From positions 1 through 16,273 of the forward strand of contig JAYSWN010000008.1 in NCBI GenBank assembly GCA_043718025.1: 16,273 nucleotides of DNA, read 5' to 3'. Origin of the DNA: Pseudomonadota bacterium (lineage in GTDB: Bacteria; Bdellovibrionota; FAC87; UBA2466). Below are positions 1 to 8,407 of this stretch, in pieces. The number at the start of each line of letters is the position of its first letter. Position 1 is the first letter of the stretch. The notes under the pieces were generated by a model, which worked only from the letters and a program-made list of their open reading frames with translations, did not search any database and was not told the origin of the DNA. Position numbers and translations under genes: made by a program.

Positions 1-9
1 TGTCGACGT

Positions 10-92
10 CCCTCTTCACTCATAGTGAAAGGGTTGCTTCAGCCGCACTGCGTGCGCAATGACGGCGAAATACCACTTTTGAGACACCCTCT
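10..92. repeat. Palindromic extragenic element, resembling a CGTC-tagged REP-like repeat
   Basis: The minus strand reads CGTCATTGCGCACGCAGTGCGGCTGAAGCAACCC (64-31), which resembles the GTCATTGCG...GAAGCAATC palindromic repeat type. Internal hairpins are CGCAC-tgc-GTGCG (44-56) and CCCT-c-TTCACT-cat-AGTGAA-AGGG (10-33). Only one copy is in the window, so repeat status is inferred from resemblance. Confidence 0.4.
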
Positions 93-243
93 GAGGAAAT
101 TTCCTGGCTTTGAAATGGCTCTGGTTTTTTTATGACTTGAAACAGCGCCAACGCCCGGCCTTGCACTGCCCGGCCGAATCACACCCGGGTGGAAGCTCCC
201 CCCCCCGTTTCACTCGCCGTCATAGAGAATTCGAGCCTGAATC

Positions 244-265
244 TGTCAGTAACAATTTACGGACA
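244..265. promoter_or_regulatory. Candidate upstream activator sequence (enhancer) for a sigma54 activator
   Basis: Inverted repeat TGTCAGTAA-caat-TTACGGACA (8 of 9 pairs), about 100 bp upstream of the predicted sigma54 start site, a typical enhancer position. Confidence 0.5.
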
Positions 266-326
266 ATTGGCCAATGCGTCGCCGGTTCTTAGGCTCAAGT
301 TCGCCTAAATACGCTCTAGAATACGA

Positions 327-342
327 CGGCATATTGATTGCA
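327..342 (+). promoter_or_regulatory. Sigma54 (RpoN) -24/-12 promoter
   Basis: CGGCAT-ATTGA-TTGCA matches TGGCAC-N5-TTGCW with exact spacing (GG at 328-329, GC at 340-341). It lies about 50 bp before the ATG at 391. Confidence 0.7.
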
Positions 343-390
343 AACTCCCCCCGCGGGTCGAAAGATTTCTTAAATTTGAGGTGAGTTAAC

Positions 391-1161
391 ATGTTGAGAC
401 GTTCGTTAAGTGTGGCGGTAGTGGGTATCTTGTTTTTGACGGGTTGCGGACAAACGCAGTTGTCCGATGAGCAAAAGGCTCAAGTGAAAGAGTTGAGCAA
501 AAGCGCTTCGGCGGTATTTTCTTCTGCCTCGGACCAAGCCAAAGCCATACGCTCCGCCGCGCGGTTTGCTGACGGCGAAATCCCCAGCGAGCTCAAAGCG
601 CGCATTCAAGAAAAGCTGAAGTCTCCCGCGTGCACCATTACCCAACCTAAATCGGTTGATTCCGGAATAGATACGATAAGCGTAAAGGTCGAAGGCGCCG
701 AGTGTCCACTTGCCATGGAGGTCACCGTTGGCGGCGAGAAAAGAGCACCCGTACTTAAAATCTACTTCGAGATTCGTGACAAAGAACTTTTGGAGATAAT
801 CGATGTCTCGAAAATGGATATGGGCGGTTCCTTTAAACTTGAAGAATCGGGCAGCGCTTCGGGCAGCCTCACTGGCTACATCCAGTCGAAGAAGTTCGGC
901 AAGGTAGAAATGTCGATGACTATTTCCGGTAACACATCAGACGCCAAGATGAGCGTCGTTTATAAATTCCAGACCTTTAGGCTCGAAATCGGACTACAAG
1001 GAAACGACAAGGACATTAGGTACACTATAAACGGAAAAGAGAGTTCGGCGGCTGAAATCAATGCGCTGTTCGAAGGCGGCATGATTCCCGGAACTAGTTT
1101 GAAAGCGCCAGAAAAGAAATCTTCTTCTAGCGATAAGAGTAGTTTGTTGCTGTTCAACTAA
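391..1161 (+). CDS. Hypothetical lipoprotein (256 aa)
   Basis: GAGGTG ribosome-binding site before the ATG. The N-terminus is basic then hydrophobic and ends in the lipobox LTGC. The mature region looks beta-rich with two further Cys. It is followed by a terminator. Confidence 0.85.
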   Translation: MLRRSLSVAVVGILFLTGCGQTQLSDEQKAQVKELSKSASAVFSSASDQAKAIRSAARFADGEIPSELKARIQEKLKSPACTITQPKSVDSGIDTISVKVEGAECPLAMEVTVGGEKRAPVLKIYFEIRDKELLEIIDVSKMDMGGSFKLEESGSASGSLTGYIQSKKFGKVEMSMTISGNTSDAKMSVVYKFQTFRLEIGLQGNDKDIRYTINGKESSAAEINALFEGGMIPGTSLKAPEKKSSSSDKSSLLLFN

Positions 1162-1184
1162 GCAAAATTTTAATTTATACGATC

Positions 1185-1215
1185 GGGGATCCTGAACTTC
1201 AGGGTCCCCTTTTTT
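1185..1215 (+). terminator. Rho-independent terminator between the convergent lipoprotein gene and dxs
   Basis: Hairpin GGGGATCCTGA-act-TCAGGGTCCCC (one G-U pair) followed by TTTTTT. Confidence 0.85.
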
Positions 1216-3169
1216 AATTTAGCGTGGGTCTGACTTCGGCGGCGGGCTGCTTGGGCCCGAGCACAAATGGAGCGTCACCGGAAATACGCTGGGTGATTTT
1301 GGCAACGATCGACGCCGCATCGAGCCCGCACAGCACTCGCTGCTCTTTGGGCGAGGCGTGATCGACGTAAATATCGGGAATGCCAATGGTAAGAAGCTCG
1401 GCCTTAACCTGGTCGCGGGCAATAAATTCGGCAATGGCGCCGCCAAAGCCACCGCAAATGGTGTTCTCTTCCATCGTCACTGTAAGGCGACTGTGCTGCA
1501 TCCAGTAGCCAAGCAAATCTTCATCCAAAGGCTTTACGAAGCGCGCGTTGATGATACCAACCTTAAGCCCTTTTTCGCGAAGCTTTGGTGCCACTTCCAA
1601 CGCGGTTTGCACCGTAAGGCCAATTCCCACCAGCAGCACATCTAGCCGGTCGTTGTCGGTGTGCAGCAGCTCGCCTTTTCCAAGCGGCAATACGTGCGGA
1701 TCCGCATCCATCGGCACACCCACCACTTCACCGCGCGGGTAGCGCAAGGCCGTGGGGGCGGTGGTGCAGTCAATGCAGGTTTTGATCATGTGTTGAAGTT
1801 CATTTTCGTCTTTAGGCGCCATGATCACCACGTTGGGCACGGCCCGCAAATAGGTGAGATCAAAAATACCCTGGTGCGTGGCGCCGTCGGCACCCACCAG
1901 TCCGCCGCGATCCATCGCGAAGACCACCGGCAGGTTGTTCAACGCCACGTCGTGAATGATCTGATCGTAAGCGCGCTGTAAGAACGTGGAGTAAATGCCC
2001 GCCACCGGACGGTAACCTTCGGTTGCCAATCCTGCCGCAAACATCACCGCGTGGGCCTCGGCAATACCTACGTCGTAGGTGCGGGTAGGAAACTCTTTTT
2101 GAAATTTATTTAAGCCGGTTCCGCTCGGCATGGCCGCGGTGATGGCGATGATGCGCGGATCTTCTTTAGCGAGCCGAATTAAAGTGTCGGCGAAAACGTC
2201 TTGGTAGGCCGCTTTTTTCGGAGCGGTAGAGGGCTGAATGCCATCATCGATCTTAAACGGCGTTACCCCGTGATATTTCAGCGGCAGCTCTTCGGCGCGC
2301 CGGTACCCTTTGCCCTTAACGGTGAGAACGTGAACTAGGTACGGACCGCTTTCGGCGCCTTCGTTTTTGATGAACGACAAGGTGTCGTGCAGGGCCGTAA
2401 GGTCGTGCCCATCAATCGGACCAAAGTAACGAAAGCCAAAGCATTCGAACAAAATGCCCGGAGTAAAAAAGTTTTTAACGCTCTTTCGGGCGCGCGACAC
2501 CCAGCCACCCACCGGCACGCCGTGGTCTTCTAAGGAGACCAAAAGGTTGCGCACTTCGTGGCGAAGGCGATTGTACCCGGGGTGAGTGATCGCGTGATTG
2601 ATGAACTTAGAAAAGGCCCCCACGCTGGGGTCAATCGACATGTCGTTGTCGTTTAAAATCACCGCCAAGTTTCGACTGGGCGTGTGGCCGGCGTTATTCA
2701 AAGCTTCAAAAGCCAATCCACCGCTCATCGAACCGTCGCCAATCACCGCTACCGCCATGTGGGACGAGCCACTGTGGCGCATGCCCTCGGCAATGCCCAA
2801 TGCCGCCGAAATGGAGGTGCTGGCGTGGCCAGCGCCAAAATGGTCGTATTCGCTTTCGGCCCGGCTGGTAAAACCGGAAAGGCCATCTTTTTCGCGAATG
2901 GTCGGAAAACGATCGCGCCGGCCAGTCAAAATTTTGTGGGGGTAAGCCTGGTGGCCCACGTCCCAAACCAGCTTGTCTTTAGGGGTCTCAAAAACGTAGT
3001 GGAGCGCTACGGCCAGCTCTACCGTGCCCAAATTGGAGGCAAAATGGCCCCCTTTTTGGGAAATCACGCTCAGAATGAGATCGCGAACCTCTTTAGCAAC
3101 TTGCGGCAGGGCTTCCTTGGGAAGCTGACGCAGGTCAAAAGGGGACTCGATTTTTTCAATTAAGCTCAT
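1214..3169 (-). CDS. dxs: 1-deoxy-D-xylulose-5-phosphate synthase
   Basis: Motifs GGHFASNLGTVEL, WDVGHQAYPHKILTGR, GHASTSIS, TPP-binding GDGSM...ILNDN, GPIDGH, DVGIAEAHA, IYSTFLQRAYDQ, DGATHQG and RYPRG. Confidence 0.98.
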   Translation of the reverse strand: MSLIEKIESPFDLRQLPKEALPQVAKEVRDLILSVISQKGGHFASNLGTVELAVALHYVFETPKDKLVWDVGHQAYPHKILTGRRDRFPTIREKDGLSGFTSRAESEYDHFGAGHASTSISAALGIAEGMRHSGSSHMAVAVIGDGSMSGGLAFEALNNAGHTPSRNLAVILNDNDMSIDPSVGAFSKFINHAITHPGYNRLRHEVRNLLVSLEDHGVPVGGWVSRARKSVKNFFTPGILFECFGFRYFGPIDGHDLTALHDTLSFIKNEGAESGPYLVHVLTVKGKGYRRAEELPLKYHGVTPFKIDDGIQPSTAPKKAAYQDVFADTLIRLAKEDPRIIAITAAMPSGTGLNKFQKEFPTRTYDVGIAEAHAVMFAAGLATEGYRPVAGIYSTFLQRAYDQIIHDVALNNLPVVFAMDRGGLVGADGATHQGIFDLTYLRAVPNVVIMAPKDENELQHMIKTCIDCTTAPTALRYPRGEVVGVPMDADPHVLPLGKGELLHTDNDRLDVLLVGIGLTVQTALEVAPKLREKGLKVGIINARFVKPLDEDLLGYWMQHSRLTVTMEENTICGGFGGAIAEFIARDQVKAELLTIGIPDIYVDHASPKEQRVLCGLDAASIVAKITQRISGDAPFVLGPKQPAAEVRPTLN

Positions 3170-3193
3170 GGACCCCTTTTATAGCGGTTTTTA

Positions 3194-4090
3194 TTAGTTT
3201 TTTCGACGGCGAATAAATTCGGCGATGGCCATTAGCGACTCGCCACGGAAACCCTCTACCGAGATCGATTCTACGGCCAAGTCGAGCAAAGCGTTTAAGC
3301 GCTCTTTCATCTCGGTGGCGGTCATAAAATCGGCGTAAGAAGGCTTCGGCTTTTTGCGCGGGCCGCGCGAATAGCGGAAGCTGGTTTCAGAGTCTAAAAG
3401 GTCGTCCGAAATCTGAAAGGCCAAGCCCAGATTTTCGCCGTACCGCTTCAACCTCTGGATTTGACGCTCTTCTAAGGGCACCAGCCGAGTGGGCATCAGT
3501 ACGGCGCAAAGGATGAGGGCCCCTGTTTTATGGATATGAATGAATTCAACTTCGGGGTGCGAAAAATGGGCATCCACCGCCGTGACGTCCAACAGCTGGC
3601 CGCCAACCATACCGCGGACTCCCGAGCACTGTACTAATAGCTCTAGCGCGCTCAACGAGTTGGCTGGCGAGAACCGCCCCGACTTTCCCAGCGAGGCCAT
3701 CAGGCCAAATGATTCAGTCAAAAGGGCATCGCCCGCCAAAATGGCCACCGCCTCCCCGAACCGTTTGTGGCTGGAGGGCTTTCCGCGGCGGGTGTCGTCG
3801 TCGTCCAAAGCCGGAAGATCGTCGTGAATCAGTGAGTAGGTGTGAATAAACTCAAGCGCACAGGCGGCCGGAAGCGCGTCCTCGGGCTTAATGCCCACGG
3901 CCTCGGCACTTGCCATCATCAATAAGGGACGAAGGCGCTTGCCGCCGCCTTCGAGGCTGTAGCCCATGGCGTCGATAAGCGGAGAGAACTGCTTGGAGCA
4001 GACGCTGCGAAACTTCTTGAGGTGGGCATTTAAAAAACTATCAAAGAGAGCAACGTTACTCTCTGCAAACTGTTCAAAGCTAATCGCCAT
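3194..4090 (-). CDS. ispA: Polyprenyl (farnesyl/geranylgeranyl) diphosphate synthase
   Basis: Motifs GGKRLRP, first Asp-rich motif HTYSLIHDDLPALDDDDTRRGKP, AILAGDALL, GMVGGQLLD, HKTGALI and second Asp-rich motif FQISDDLLD. It sits in the classic position upstream of dxs. Confidence 0.92.
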   Translation of the reverse strand: MAISFEQFAESNVALFDSFLNAHLKKFRSVCSKQFSPLIDAMGYSLEGGGKRLRPLLMMASAEAVGIKPEDALPAACALEFIHTYSLIHDDLPALDDDDTRRGKPSSHKRFGEAVAILAGDALLTESFGLMASLGKSGRFSPANSLSALELLVQCSGVRGMVGGQLLDVTAVDAHFSHPEVEFIHIHKTGALILCAVLMPTRLVPLEERQIQRLKRYGENLGLAFQISDDLLDSETSFRYSRGPRKKPKPSYADFMTATEMKERLNALLDLAVESISVEGFRGESLMAIAEFIRRRKN

Positions 4091-4217
4091 CTGACATTTC
4101 CTTACTCTGGCTCACCATCGCGAGCGGGTAGAAGAGTAACCGTAAGTTGAGGTAAAAAGGGTGTCAAACTGACTGCGACTAGTTTTCTGATTTTGCTTCG
4201 CTTATAAGAGCGGCGCT

Positions 4218-4871
4218 ATGAAAAATCAAAAACCTCTGCGCAAAACACTAAGGGTCTTAATTACCGGCGGCCCCACCCGCGCTTACCTCGACGACTTTCG
4301 GTACCTGTCGAACCATAGCACTGGCGAAGTGGCGTTGCACCTGTGCCAACAGTTTATTAAAGCCGGCGTAGCGACCAGCTTGGTCTCTGGCCCCTGCGCC
4401 CAGCCTTTTGGCGATCTTAAGCTCAAACACTGGGCCCCCGTTGAGACTCATCGTGAGATGTTGGCCCAAGTGCTCCGTTTGTGTAAAAGCTGGCAGCCTC
4501 ACTTTGTCGTGTTTTCGGCCGCCGTATTGGATTTTGAACCGGCTAAGGTCTTGAAAGGAAAAGTATCGTCGAAGGGCAATTGGACAATAAAACTCAGTCC
4601 TACGCCAAAAATAATCGAAGTGGTTCGCAAAAAATTTTCCGGCATTCAGCGCGTTGGGTTCAAACTGGAACCGGGAAAGTTTTCGGCAAAAAAAGCCCTT
4701 ACGCTGGCGCAAAACAAAGCCGCCGAGGGAGACCTCTGGGCGCTGTGCGTGAACTATCATGACGACGTCGGGGCAAAAAAACACGCCGCCCTGGTTTGGA
4801 ATGGCTCTGAGGCGCGTATCGTGACCACCAAGAAAGACTTAGCCGCAGCGATCGTGCAGACGGTTATTTGA
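4218..4871 (+). CDS. coaB: Stand-alone phosphopantothenate-cysteine ligase (CoaB/DFP C-terminal domain)
   Basis: VLITGGPT..LD..RYLSNHSTG, LVSGP, SAAVLDF, PTPKII and VGFKLE match the CoaB domain of CoaBC. There is no N-terminal CoaC flavoprotein domain. Confidence 0.85.
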   Translation: MKNQKPLRKTLRVLITGGPTRAYLDDFRYLSNHSTGEVALHLCQQFIKAGVATSLVSGPCAQPFGDLKLKHWAPVETHREMLAQVLRLCKSWQPHFVVFSAAVLDFEPAKVLKGKVSSKGNWTIKLSPTPKIIEVVRKKFSGIQRVGFKLEPGKFSAKKALTLAQNKAAEGDLWALCVNYHDDVGAKKHAALVWNGSEARIVTTKKDLAAAIVQTVI

Positions 4872-4923
4872 TCACCGGTAACGGCGCGGTCGTTCAAAAT
4901 TGCTTTAGCCTCACCCGCGTTGG

Positions 4924-5910
4924 CTAGTGAAACACCGAGGCCTCGGGTGCCGCCCGGAGTTCAGTGCGCTCTTTTTCGTAAGTCGCCAGCTTGTTATAGA
5001 GCGTCTTTACGGTAATGCCCATGGCGTGCGCGGCTTTGGTTTTGTTCCCTTTAAAGTGTTGAAGCACTCTCAAGATTTGCGTTTTTTCAATTTGATCGAG
5101 CAAAAACACGGTGAGCGGCAAGTCGTCGGCCGCATCGGCTGGCTCGCCGGTGAGGTTGCTCGGAAGGTCTTCAATCTGAATCAACGATCCGTCTACCAAT
5201 ACTTTGAAGCGCTCTACCAGATTTTGTAGCTCGCGCACATTGCCGGGCCACGGATAAGATTGCAGCGCCAGCATCGCTTCTGGGCTCATGCGTTTAGCGG
5301 GTGTGCCATCGTTAGTTGCCAAAAAACTTTCGACCAAAAGCGGAATGTCGTCTTTGCGTTTTCGCAATGGCACCATTCGTAGGGTGACGGTGTTGATGCG
5401 GTAGAAAAGATCTTCGCGGAACTTTCCGAGCTTCACTTGGTTTTCTAAGTCTTTGTTAGTGGCGGAAATGACGCGCACGTCGACGTGAATTGGCTCTTGC
5501 CCACCCACCCGGCGAAACTCCCCTTCTTGTAAGAAACGTAAAAGTTTAGACTGAGCCTCAATTCCCATTTCGCCGATCTCGTCGAGAAATAGGGTGCCAC
5601 CGTTAGCGAGTTCCACCAAGCCTTGCTTCTGGCCCGTAGCCCCGGTAAACGCGCCGCGTTCATGGCCAAATAGTTCGCTAAGCAACAATGTCTCTTGAAT
5701 GGCGCCGCAGTTTAGCGAGACCATGCGCGATCGGTTACGCTTTGAGTTGTCGTGGATGAAGCGGGCAATCAGCTCTTTGCCCGTTCCGCTTTCGCCTTGG
5801 ATCAACGCGGACACTTCGGTGGGGGCAATCTTGCCCGCCATCTGAAGTAGACCTTCCATCAGATTGTTTTGAGTCAGAATGGACACGGTTTGCGTCCGTA
5901 GATTTTTCAT
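4924..5910 (-). CDS. Sigma54-dependent transcriptional activator (AAA+ plus Fis-type HTH) with no N-terminal regulatory domain
   Basis: Walker [23 protein letters not shown], Walker [25 protein letters not shown] and [24 protein letters not shown]. Confidence 0.95.
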   Translation of the reverse strand: MKNLRTQTVSILTQNNLMEGLLQMAGKIAPTEVSALIQGESGTGKELIARFIHDNSKRNRSRMVSLNCGAIQETLLLSELFGHERGAFTGATGQKQGLVELANGGTLFLDEIGEMGIEAQSKLLRFLQEGEFRRVGGQEPIHVDVRVISATNKDLENQVKLGKFREDLFYRINTVTLRMVPLRKRKDDIPLLVESFLATNDGTPAKRMSPEAMLALQSYPWPGNVRELQNLVERFKVLVDGSLIQIEDLPSNLTGEPADAADDLPLTVFLLDQIEKTQILRVLQHFKGNKTKAAHAMGITVKTLYNKLATYEKERTELRAAPEASVFH

Positions 5911-6002
5911 AACTAATTCCCCCCATACACCACTGAATTTTTTATAGGGTAAATGGGACCCGGCATCAACTTCTATTTTACGGAGGCATTTTTGCTACGT
6001 TT

Positions 6003-7421
6003 TTAGCGGGGTTGCGCGGGAGTAGGGAAAGGCGAGGGAGTGGCCGCCTTAAGATTCCAACGCACGAATGCCTCAAGGTCTTCGGGGGTGCCCAGGCCGT
6101 GCATCTCGTGCTCGGCGATAGGAAAAATCTCTACCCTGAGACCCAAACGAATCATTTCGTTGTAGACCGGGCAAACGTAAAATTCACCTCGCGTGCGCCG
6201 CTCATGGCGAATCAACGCTTCAGCGGCTTCGACGAAGTAGGCGCCTTTTTTAAAGTAGTAAATCCCCGTTGTTGCGTGTGGGCTGATCACCAATTTTTCG
6301 GCCACCTCAACCACTTGGTTATCGGCGGTAGTCTTGGCGTAACTCCATTTCGGATCGCTGGCGGGAAAGGTTAAAATCAAACCGTCGCAACCACTGGTGG
6401 CCGCATGGTGAAAGAACGGATCGAGCGTCAGGCCAAGCCATTGATCCACGTTGGCGATTAACAGCGGCTTTTGCAAATCTAGGTGTTCGAGTGCAAGCAA
6501 TACGGTGCACGCGGCACCCTGGGTGGTTTCGGGCACGTCGACGATCTGACATTCCGGTGAAAGCCAGCGAAGATTTGAAGCTAAATTCGTTTCACGCAAG
6601 TGGCTTTGGCGGCAAAGAAAAGTAAACCGGTGAGTCAAATGGGTAGGGCGCAAATTTTCAATCACCCAATCGACCATCGGGCGGCCAAAGATAGGGATGA
6701 GAGGTTTTGGCTCAGCGTACCCCTTTTGCTGAAAGCGAGCGCCTTCGCCTGCCATGGGAATCACGATCTCAATATCGGGTGAGGCCCCAAGGTTTGCGTC
6801 GGTTTCTGGCTGGCGTTTGAGATCGCGGCGCAAACGTTCGAGCGTCACTTCGCGGGGACTGCGCACGACAATCAAATTGTTGGTGACGGCGGTGGCGGCG
6901 GTAACTCCGGTGAGCGAATCTTCTACAATCGCCATTTCAGAAGCGCTTACCCCAAACCGTTTTAATGCCTCGAAGTAAATCGCCGGATGGGGCTTAGGTG
7001 CTGAAACCTCTTCTTGCGACAGCGCGAACTCAAACACTTCAGAGATTTTTAGTTTCTGCAGAAAAAGCTCTAGCGTGGCGCGGGTGCAGTTGGTGGCCAC
7101 CGCGAGGCGGTAGCCTTCTCGCTTTAATGTGGACAATAAATTGGCATGTTCATCGTTGGGCTTTAGTTCGCGTTCGGCAATCTCTCGAGTGTAATGCTGC
7201 TTGAGCTCATTCAAAAAAGGGTGAAGGGCGCGGGGAAGGCCGGTGCGCTGAGAAAGAATTTCTAGTTTGGTGCGAGTGGGTAAACCGTTGTAAAGCGCCT
7301 GATGCTCGTCTTTCGTGATGGAGTAGCCGAATATGGAAAGGGCGCGGTTAAAGGCCTGAAAGTGCCATTCCACGGCATCCACCAGAACTCCATCTAGATC
7401 GAAAACAATCGCACGAATCAT
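6003..7421 (-). CDS. Fusion of a HAD-family phosphatase and a BcbE-like sugar nucleotidyltransferase/GT-A domain
   Basis: N-terminal HAD motifs FDLDG, ATN, KPHP and EDS. C-terminal IVIPMAGEGARF...PKPLI, GAACT, NVDQ, KWSY, VAEK, EFYV.PVYN and GLGTPEDL. The start is placed at ATG 7421 (MIRAIVFD); the ORF track begins at GTG 7457. Confidence 0.88.
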   Translation of the reverse strand: MIRAIVFDLDGVLVDAVEWHFQAFNRALSIFGYSITKDEHQALYNGLPTRTKLEILSQRTGLPRALHPFLNELKQHYTREIAERELKPNDEHANLLSTLKREGYRLAVATNCTRATLELFLQKLKISEVFEFALSQEEVSAPKPHPAIYFEALKRFGVSASEMAIVEDSLTGVTAATAVTNNLIVVRSPREVTLERLRRDLKRQPETDANLGASPDIEIVIPMAGEGARFQQKGYAEPKPLIPIFGRPMVDWVIENLRPTHLTHRFTFLCRQSHLRETNLASNLRWLSPECQIVDVPETTQGAACTVLLALEHLDLQKPLLIANVDQWLGLTLDPFFHHAATSGCDGLILTFPASDPKWSYAKTTADNQVVEVAEKLVISPHATTGIYYFKKGAYFVEAAEALIRHERRTRGEFYVCPVYNEMIRLGLRVEIFPIAEHEMHGLGTPEDLEAFVRWNLKAATPSPFPTPAQPR

Positions 7422-7514
7422 TCCGGCTAATTCTAATTGAAAATCGGCGATCCGCACTGATGCGGCGCGCTATCTCAGTTTGCCTGATCCCGGGGTAAGG
7501 CAATCTCCGCTCGA

Positions 7515-8405
7515 TTAGAAAAAGCCGTAGCGGGTGACGATTGCAAATGACTGGGCCGCCGGCGTATTTCGTGACCAGCCAACTTGCGGCACCGTGAATT
7601 CGGCGGTGGCGGCAATGGACCAGACGCGATCGATAAAAAAAGTGGGCTGGATAAAAGCGGAAACCGTGTTGCTGCTCGTTGCGGCGATGGTTCTGCCGTT
7701 TGCAAAAGTGTTTCCAGTCCAGACTTGGCTGCTACCCAAAGCGAGCGAAAGGCGGTTTGAGAAATTGTAGGCAACGGTTTCGGAGAGTTCGAATTGGTTT
7801 CCCAATCTATCTCCGGTCGCCGGGGCGAGCCGATGGGTGTAGCTTGCGCGTAGGCCCAAGGAGGTCGCGCCTAACTTTTTTTCTACGCCAACGCCGACGT
7901 AGGGTTCCCACATTCCATTGCCGGTGCCGGGCGTCCAGGTGCCATCCACCTTTTTTTCAACCGATCCGGTGGGCAGTTTAACCCCGCCCTGAAGGCGAAT
8001 CGTCGGATACCAGTCATCGGTAAACAGGGCCTCTAAGGCAGTCCAGTCGACGCCAATTGAAACATCCCCTACTCCGCGTCGATCGGCGAGGGTGGCGCCG
8101 TAGGACTTAGCTTGGGTGACTAAGGGAACCAACGCCTGAATTTGCCAGTCGGGATGTAGGCGCATGCCGGCACCAATGGTTAAAGCTATGGTCCGGTGCA
8201 GTTCGGTTTTTTCAGCCTCTCCTGAAGAGTTAAACCTCCCGTAATCTTCTTTATACGACAATGAGGTTCCCACTTCGTATTTCTGAAGGCGAGTTAGGGA
8301 AATGAAACTTTTAGAGGCGCCGCCGATACAACAAGCCGCCGCGAGCACCCAGCGGGAGAAAAACAGACTAAACCAACTCAGCCGCAGCCATCTCATCAAC
8401 TTCAC
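7515..8405 (-). CDS. Outer-membrane beta-barrel protein (putative transporter, MetA-pathway/SphA-like) with N-terminal Cys-Cys
   Basis: Signal peptide followed by AACCIGG. Amphipathic beta strands, G(V)GD(V), GVKLPTG and GTGNGMW motifs, and an aromatic C-terminal signature TRYGFF. The start is GTG 8405 or ATG 8396. Confidence 0.75.
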   Translation of the reverse strand: MKLMRWLRLSWFSLFFSRWVLAAACCIGGASKSFISLTRLQKYEVGTSLSYKEDYGRFNSSGEAEKTELHRTIALTIGAGMRLHPDWQIQALVPLVTQAKSYGATLADRRGVGDVSIGVDWTALEALFTDDWYPTIRLQGGVKLPTGSVEKKVDGTWTPGTGNGMWEPYVGVGVEKKLGATSLGLRASYTHRLAPATGDRLGNQFELSETVAYNFSNRLSLALGSSQVWTGNTFANGRTIAATSSNTVSAFIQPTFFIDRVWSIAATAEFTVPQVGWSRNTPAAQSFAIVTRYGFF

Positions 8406-8407
8406 GA

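Noticed and set aside
1..23. Possible minus-strand gene start (MSEEGRR...) running off the left edge
   Set aside because: Only 7 codons are visible, there is no clear RBS, and it lies within a palindromic element. It cannot be supported from this window.
154..189. Short CCCGG(CC) direct repeats as a CRISPR or iteron array
   Set aside because: The repeats are only 5-7 bp with short spacers, and there are no cas or rep genes.
198..206. C9 homopolymer as a phase-variation tract
   Set aside because: It is not inside a supported CDS or between promoter elements, and there is no evidence of length variation without reads.
110..292. 60-aa plus-strand ORF
   Set aside because: It has a TTG start with no RBS, unprotein-like composition, and overlaps the enhancer region of the next gene.
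1219..3163. Multiple alternative-frame and antisense ORFs within dxs (similar ones occur in ispA, coaB, the activator, the protease and ctaD)
   Set aside because: They are shadow ORFs of well-supported genes and carry no recognisable motifs.
5984..5996. AGGCATTTTTGCT as a sigma54 promoter
   Set aside because: The GG to GC spacing is too short and the orientation points antisense into genes.
7475..7774. 99-aa minus-strand ORF overlapping the barrel gene 3' end
   Set aside because: It is an alternative frame of a better supported gene and has low-complexity Pro/Ser/Arg composition.
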